From IMG/VR virus record IMGVR_UViG_3300011008_000999: 64,000 bases of DNA, one strand, 5' to 3'. Positions 57,582 through 64,000 of this stretch are shown in pieces (within the stretch, counting starts at the first letter, position 1; every line of letters begins with the position of its first letter). Below the pieces are notes generated by a model. It did no database searches, had not been told where the DNA came from, and saw only the letters and a list, made by a program, of their open reading frames with translations. The DNA is from a virus (lineage: Duplodnaviria; Caudoviricetes). Position numbers and translations under genes: made by a program.

Positions 57582-58425
57582 TTTTATTTTTCACTTCCTT
57601 TCATTCAAAATTTTAATACACTTCATCGACGATGTGAAATACTTCACCATCTATCGTTTTAATACTAACTCGAACTGTAGTTTTTGTTGATTCTTCAAAA
57701 GACTTAACAAATCGATTGAGTACATTTCCATATACTGTACCAAATTTCTTTGGATCTGTAGTAGGATAACATTTACCTTTCAGTCTGTTACAATACTGAT
57801 CAAATCTTTTATACCAATCAGTAGGTAGTTTTTCTACCTCTACTACATCATCTTCAAGATCATCAATACATTCTTTGGCATCAGATTCATCAGCAGCAGA
57901 CATAATGTAGTTACCACTTCTATCTCTAATTATACATCCATCTTCAGTTATCTGGATCTCATAACCATTGTACTGCATTTGTCTACTCCTTTCTATAGTT
58001 CGCCTTCATATAGTCCTGCTTCTTTCAATTTGTTTAACATTTCCCATTGTGCATGTGTCAAAGGTTTATCATTTGGTTTAATAATATTATCACTCCAAAT
58101 AGATACACATCCAGACATATTACATAGCCATGTAACGAAGTCGAAGTAGTAGTCCTCTGGACACATATCAGCTAACTCCGACCTCGAAACATGTAATTGA
58201 TCACAACATATAGCAATCAGTTTTTCCTGATGTGATGGTACGGCATATTCCACTGTGCCATCTGGGAACATAACTACTTCCAAATAGTGCACATAGTGTT
58301 GCTTATGCTGTTCAATATCAAATTTAGAATATAAATCGTACATACTCTACCTTTCAATAAAAATGGAGCAATTGGAATTTTTATTTTTACAATTGCTCCT
58401 TTTTATTAGTATAATTAAATAGTTC

Positions 58426-60924
58426 TTAATTTTTTGGCTTAATATTGAGCTTAATCGTAGGTTTTTGTACAGTGGCATCTTCATCAGGAATTGCTTCGAT
58501 CTGAAGTTCTACAACATTACTTGCCTTTTCAGTAGCATTAGTAATTGCATTACTAAATGCGTCTGTAACTACCTGCTGGAATTTTTCTTCCTGAGTAATA
58601 TGAGTAGGAGGAACGATCTCAGTAGGGAATACTAAGTCTTCCTTATCAATAAGGAACTTCTTAGATTCATCTCCATTGAAGTTAGCAATATGCTGTTTTA
58701 CCGAGTTATTAAAGATACTCTGTACATCTCTAATTTTACATATCCAATTACCAAGATATGTCCATACTTCATTTCTTGCCTCATCAGTTGTATTAAATCC
58801 TTTGTTAAATACAAGAGAATCAAAAATCTGAAGAAGCTGTGAATTATCGTAAGTAGGGAACTCATATACCATAGTAAAGAGATTCTTCATAGCATCAATT
58901 CCAGGAGATGCATAATCACCAAGAACAATAGTAACATCAGTATTTTCCTGAATTGCTGTATTGATTGCTGAAAGTGCTTCACCAGAGAAGTTATCAGTAT
59001 TTTCAAATAACATATTATAGTTCTTAATATATAATACACCACCTGATGCATAAGAGATAATTGCTTGAGCTCTCTTAGCAGTATGTCCTACAAATGAACC
59101 TTTAAGAAGTTCTGCAGGAATTTCAAGGTATTTGTTTTCTGAGATGTAACCTAACTGATACAAATAACCAGTTAAGATTCTAGTAAGTGTGGACTTACCA
59201 CATCCTTCATCGCCAATAAACAATACTTTCTGATGTACTGTTTGATTATAGAACTCTTTCTGACTTCTAAGAATATCAATCTCTTTCTTAAATGAATCTA
59301 ATCCAACAAGATTTGCAAGATCTCCATCAGGATTCTCAGAACCTTCTTTCATGTGAGGTTTAAGTTCAGAAAGTCTAATAATTTGTTCGTCTAACTGATC
59401 TGCTGCTGAAGCGTTCTTTAATTCATGCTGAAGTACTTTCTTACGAGCATCTGCATAAAGCTGTACATCTTCAGCTATAATCAGATGATTGTTAGAATTA
59501 GTTTTAGTACATCTATCTGCATAGTTATCCATAATAGCATCTACTGCATTACGAACTGTACGAGCATTACCGAATGCTTTAGATTTCTTTTCAAGAGTAA
59601 ATGCAGATCTAAGAATAGGTTTTGCTTCATCACTTAACTGATAAGGGCCACCAGGATAACTTTTAATGAAGTAATTGAAAATATCGATCATTTCATCTTC
59701 ATTATAATCGTTAAAGTAGATAGTATGCTTTACACGAGAAGTAAAACCTTCATTAGTAGCAAACAATCTAGTCATCTGCTCTTCATAACCAGCTAAGATA
59801 CATACGAAATCTTTACGATGATCTTCCATTGCTTTAAGAAGAACACCAATTACTTCAAAACCTTTCTTTTCCATAAGATATGCTTCATCGATGAAGAGTA
59901 CTCCGCCGTAAGCATATTCTATAATTGCCATAGCTCTACTAGTATCACCTGCACAGAGGTAATCACCAGAGATTTCTATGTATTGATTGTTCTTAATATA
60001 ACCTAAATCATAAAGGATCTTAGTAACGATACGAGCAACGGTTGTTTTACCAGTACCAGCAGAACCAAGGAATGCTAAGTGACAACCATTATTTGACTCT
60101 TTTCCGTAGAACTTAATTCTATTCTTAAACTTCTCAATCTGATCTTTAACTGATTCAAGACCAATCATATCGTGAAGTTCTTTATCAGAATCTTTTGCAC
60201 CTTCGCAAATCTTAGTATCAATATCTGCAGGAAGAAAAGGACTTCTCTTCTTTGTAGGATTATTTGTATCTACAATAGTCTGAGTTCCATTATCTTCAAC
60301 TGAATCACCAAGATCAAGGAAAGGACACTCACAAGGAAGATCAAACATTACTGATGTATAAGGTGTAGTATGACCAGCTTGTCTAAGATACTCATCTGCA
60401 CACTGAAGAATAAGGTCTGTTCTAATATTAGGCTTTGTAAAGTAGACCATTGCAATAGTCTTCATCTTATCAGAAGCTCTATATGTCATAGGAACTGTTT
60501 GCATGAATCCAGAAAGATTCTTTTCCATTTTCTTAAGAGTAGACTTCTGTCCACTATATGTAAGAAACTTGAACAAAATTCCTAAAGCTATACATATTAC
60601 TAATGTAATAACTGCTGGAAGTATAGCACCTTTAGCACAATCAGCAAATTCCTTAATTCCAAGGTGGAAAAGGTTTTTAACAGTGAATATGATCCATGCT
60701 ACAAATGCAAATACGACAGAAACTCCTAAATTTACTGGAAGACCTCTAAGAGCTCCGCCAATAAATTTTTCTTTATTATAACAACCTGTCATAAAAGGAG
60801 TGTCATAATCTGGAATTATTTTTAGGTTTTTGTAGAAAGCGGTTAACTGCTTTTCGTATCTTTCAACGACTTTAGATTGTTCGTCTAAGGCAGTACACCA
60901 ATCCTTTAAACTTCTTATTTCCAT
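58426..60924 (-). CDS. Membrane-anchored tandem AAA+ ATPase, CbbX/SpoVK/EccA-like
   Basis: Two TM segments; GSAGTGKT, LFIDEAY, ILAGY, FGNARTVRN; second degenerate AAA domain. Confidence 0.85.
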   Translation of the reverse strand: MEIRSLKDWCTALDEQSKVVERYEKQLTAFYKNLKIIPDYDTPFMTGCYNKEKFIGGALRGLPVNLGVSVVFAFVAWIIFTVKNLFHLGIKEFADCAKGAILPAVITLVICIALGILFKFLTYSGQKSTLKKMEKNLSGFMQTVPMTYRASDKMKTIAMVYFTKPNIRTDLILQCADEYLRQAGHTTPYTSVMFDLPCECPFLDLGDSVEDNGTQTIVDTNNPTKKRSPFLPADIDTKICEGAKDSDKELHDMIGLESVKDQIEKFKNRIKFYGKESNNGCHLAFLGSAGTGKTTVARIVTKILYDLGYIKNNQYIEISGDYLCAGDTSRAMAIIEYAYGGVLFIDEAYLMEKKGFEVIGVLLKAMEDHRKDFVCILAGYEEQMTRLFATNEGFTSRVKHTIYFNDYNEDEMIDIFNYFIKSYPGGPYQLSDEAKPILRSAFTLEKKSKAFGNARTVRNAVDAIMDNYADRCTKTNSNNHLIIAEDVQLYADARKKVLQHELKNASAADQLDEQIIRLSELKPHMKEGSENPDGDLANLVGLDSFKKEIDILRSQKEFYNQTVHQKVLFIGDEGCGKSTLTRILTGYLYQLGYISENKYLEIPAELLKGSFVGHTAKRAQAIISYASGGVLYIKNYNMLFENTDNFSGEALSAINTAIQENTDVTIVLGDYASPGIDAMKNLFTMVYEFPTYDNSQLLQIFDSLVFNKGFNTTDEARNEVWTYLGNWICKIRDVQSIFNNSVKQHIANFNGDESKKFLIDKEDLVFPTEIVPPTHITQEEKFQQVVTDAFSNAITNATEKASNVVELQIEAIPDEDATVQKPTIKLNIKPKN

Positions 60925-60936
60925 AATTTGCCTCCA

Positions 60937-61527
60937 TTAAGTCTCGTATCTACCAGTATCTGTTGATATACAAAAACAAGGTAATTCACCAACGAGTTCT
61001 ATTTTATTTATAATCATTCCATTACAATAAAGTTCAGCATTATACTTACCCATAAGATAATCTATACCTTTACAAGTAAACCAATATGTATTTTCATCTA
61101 CTTTCTGCGGTTCGCTTTTAACAACAACCTGCTGTAAATATACTCGCTTAACTGTATCAAAATGAAAATCATAAATTTCTGTTTCATCATTTGTTATAAT
61201 AGGATCAACCTGTACATCAATAGGTTCATTATAACAAAACTTTTCAACTATTGCTTTTTCTTCTAGAGTAAGTTCTTCTTCACTAGTTATTTCATAACTT
61301 TCTTCAAGTGGTACAAATGTACAAAACTTATCAAGTTCATCTTTTGCTTCTCTAGGAAGTTTACTTACGTCTATAAGTAATACATGATTATAAGCACATG
61401 TAAATTCTTCATTTCTATTATATGTAATCTTGCAGCAAAGTTCAGGATGCGTTCTATGTATCTGAGTTACTCTACTGCCGTCTTTCATGATGTCACCAAC
61501 TTTGACATCTTGCCATTTCTTTATCAT
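60937..61527 (-). CDS. Free-standing intein/Hint core with internal insertion; no block A or block G
   Basis: KKWQDVKVGD, FTCAYNHVL (block B), INKIELVGELPCFCISTDTGRYET (block F). Confidence 0.75.
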   Translation of the reverse strand: MIKKWQDVKVGDIMKDGSRVTQIHRTHPELCCKITYNRNEEFTCAYNHVLLIDVSKLPREAKDELDKFCTFVPLEESYEITSEEELTLEEKAIVEKFCYNEPIDVQVDPIITNDETEIYDFHFDTVKRVYLQQVVVKSEPQKVDENTYWFTCKGIDYLMGKYNAELYCNGMIINKIELVGELPCFCISTDTGRYET

Positions 61528-63008
61528 AAATTCCCTCCAGTTATTGGCAAACTACCAAAGGAATCATATTTTTCAATGTACCTTGTTAGTTTTGTATATT
61601 GTTTATTTATTTCATTATATAAATAGTCTAAGAATATTTTTCTTGCTTTTTCATCGTCGCGCCCATATAAAAGAACATATTTACCATTAATTACTGTACC
61701 AATACTACTTTTAGGAATGACTTTACAGTGTTTTTCACCTCTAGTATATAGTCTGATATAATTACCTGCACCATACATAAACTGTCCGTAGTTAAATACA
61801 CCATTATCTTCAATTTTGTCTTCATACTGTTCTTTTACCACTTCAATAGTTTGTTTATCGAAATCGAAGTAATAATGGTAAATATCTTTCATCTTAGCAC
61901 CTCTTAGTGATGTTCCTTAAACCACTGAGCATCAGCTTTTAGATCTTCAGGTAATGCGTTTATATTATAATAAAGAACAAACGTATCACCATTATACATT
62001 GCTTTGAAATGAGTACTTTCATCAGTTCCCCAATAGATATGATTTTTCATAATCTCTTCAACTGTCATATCAAAGAAAAGATTTTCAAATTCGTATCTAG
62101 CATAATTAGCAATATCTATAAGTCTAGTCTTATATCCAGCTCCGCAATAGAAGAACCAATAATTTTCCATGTCTCCGCCACAAGGCTTAACATAATTCTT
62201 CTTAATACATTCTATTTCATTTTCCTTAAAAGTAATTTCTTCTCCATTATTTAAGTTAGATCCACTGTATGGTTCAGAAACTTGATCTTGAATAATTTCG
62301 ACTATGTAACCTGTGGTAAGATTTATTCTATCACCAGCTTCAATCATTATTTCATTATTCATAGTCAGCTCCTTTAACTAAATCTCTCTTCTGCACCAAA
62401 TCTATTTGCCAGTGCCGCGAACTCATGTAACTTTTCAAGATTACTGCTTTGAATAACTACTCTTATAATTTTCATTGTTGGATAATCTGGATCTATACCG
62501 TCATTAACATAACTAAGTATATTAAAATCTGTATTTTCTCCCAACGTATCTAATGCTTTTTCCCAAGCAGATCTAGTATGTGAACCTACACGATATCCAT
62601 CATGATTATCTATACATATACTAGTTGATTTAGGATAATGGCTATATAGTAAAAATAAATCACGTAATGCAAATCTAGATACTTTATTTTCAGGATCAAA
62701 CGCATCAGGATCATTTATCCATGTATGATAAAAATCATCTACTTCTACAAGATCATCTCTTTTAAGCTCATTAATGGTATATTCGTAAGATAACCAAAAT
62801 GGTTGTAACTCAATTGGTTGTGCTTGTGCTTTTACTAATTCTAGTTTAGTTTTATCGCCATTTACATATTTAGCAATTTTATCACTAGTACCAGTTATAT
62901 TAGCACCGTCATCTAAATAAGCAGTCCATAGTGTTTTTTCTTTAATTTCTTCTAATGAAATCATGATTAGCTCCTCTCCATTACAAAAGAGCTATCTTAT
63001 TATTTTTT

Positions 63009-63042
63009 ATTATAACAAGATAGCTTCATTATGTAAATAGTT
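63009..63042 (-). promoter_or_regulatory. Class 1 promoter
   Basis: AACTATTTACA...TGTTATAAT. Confidence 0.75.
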
Positions 63043-64000
63043 TTTCAAATATTTTTAATCATTCTTTATAAATTCAAAAATGAATTCATTAGGCCAATCA
63101 AATGTTACATTAATCTGTTCATCATCCCAATTAGATCCTTCATATCCATCCAATCCACTATCTTGATAATTAGAAAAATCTTGTTCTTCAAATCCAGGAC
63201 CAAGTCCATCTGATGTTTGACCTGATACAAAATTACTAATTGATTTAAGTTCTGCTGCAGATAAAGCTTTATTTGTTAAAAGTTCTACATATCCAGAACT
63301 TTCATCTTTAAGACGCCATTCAATTTTTTCTACTGCATTTCTTATATCTTCTGCGATACGATTATCATCTTTAAGATATTTAGTCATATCATCTGCTGTA
63401 AGATACGCTTGTGCATCTGATAAATCTTTTACACATGCGGTTAGTTTGAAATATGTTCTATAGATATACATAATTCTCACTCTCCTTCTTCATAGGTCCA
63501 TAATACATAAAAGACTTTTTCATCCTTGCTCCTTACAATATTTTTCTTTATGCGCTCGTACTACAGAATCTTTAGCAAAACCAAGAATATCATGATTACA
63601 GCGTTCTATTCTATATGTACCTGGTTCTGAATTTAATTCTTTAACAACAATAGCATTTCCCATTTTTTGTGGATCACATCCAAATCCACCAGTACATAAT
63701 ACAATCTGATACTTTTCATCTTTATATTCTTCTTTGAAAAATTCTGGTTTTATAATTACAAATCGTCCTTGTAAATCTGTACTATAAACGTCCTCATCTG
63801 TACAATCTTGTTTTGTATACATAAGCATTTCCCTCCTATTTTAGTCGGTCGGGATTGTACTTATCATTAAGCCAATTTTCAAGAATTACATTAAAATCTT
63901 CTCTATTAACTATATCAAACCAATCTCTTGGACATAAGGCTTGATAACCTTTTGTCTTATTGAGAATAGTTGTCCACATCCATCCTTGTCCAGCGTCAAG

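Noticed and set aside
5428-62254. Plus-strand ORFs in the track
   Set aside because: Nearly all are antisense shadows of minus-strand genes, with no recognisable RBS or motifs.
1-64000. tRNA, rRNA, cas, integrase, transposase or virion structural genes
   Set aside because: None recognised by eye; tRNAscan-SE and HMM searches would be needed to exclude divergent ones.

Overview
AT-rich, gene-dense window with essentially all real genes on the minus strand: many short hypothetical ORFs, Firmicutes-type AGGAGG RBSs and recurrent sigmaA-like promoters. This fits an early/accessory region of a jumbo phage or other very large mobile element of a Clostridia/Lachnospiraceae-like host; no virion genes are visible, so phage vs megaplasmid is inference. 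Recognisable genes: thymidine kinase, ThyX, UvrD-like helicase, several sigma70 factors, CheY, HD-GYP, PilZ, class B sortase, NlpC/P60, ADP-ribosylglycohydrolase, radical SAM proteins and a membrane-anchored CbbX/SpoVK-type AAA ATPase. The main discovery is an apparent natural three-piece split-intein system. An FtsK/SpoIIIE ATPase is cut inside Walker A (GGTG|SGKS): the N-half (56790-57581) ends in a 16-aa intein N-tag, the C-half (start 42370) begins with a 41-aa intein C-tag, and the missing intein middle is a separate gene (47574-48068). The C-half is also interrupted by three group I introns carrying homing endonucleases. Two more extein-free intein cores (23409-23765, 60937-61527) are present, plus a second FtsK fragment with a 12-aa intein C-tag (start 17214, missed by the ORF track) that contains a 24-nt stop/hairpin insert resembling a ribosomal bypass element. 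Also seen: a two-repeat type I-E-like CRISPR mini-array, a duplicated covarying RNA motif that pairs with an RBS, and a six-member MIQIRxxxFETNSSS family linked to radical SAM genes. All calls come from reading the sequence by eye; no searches were run.
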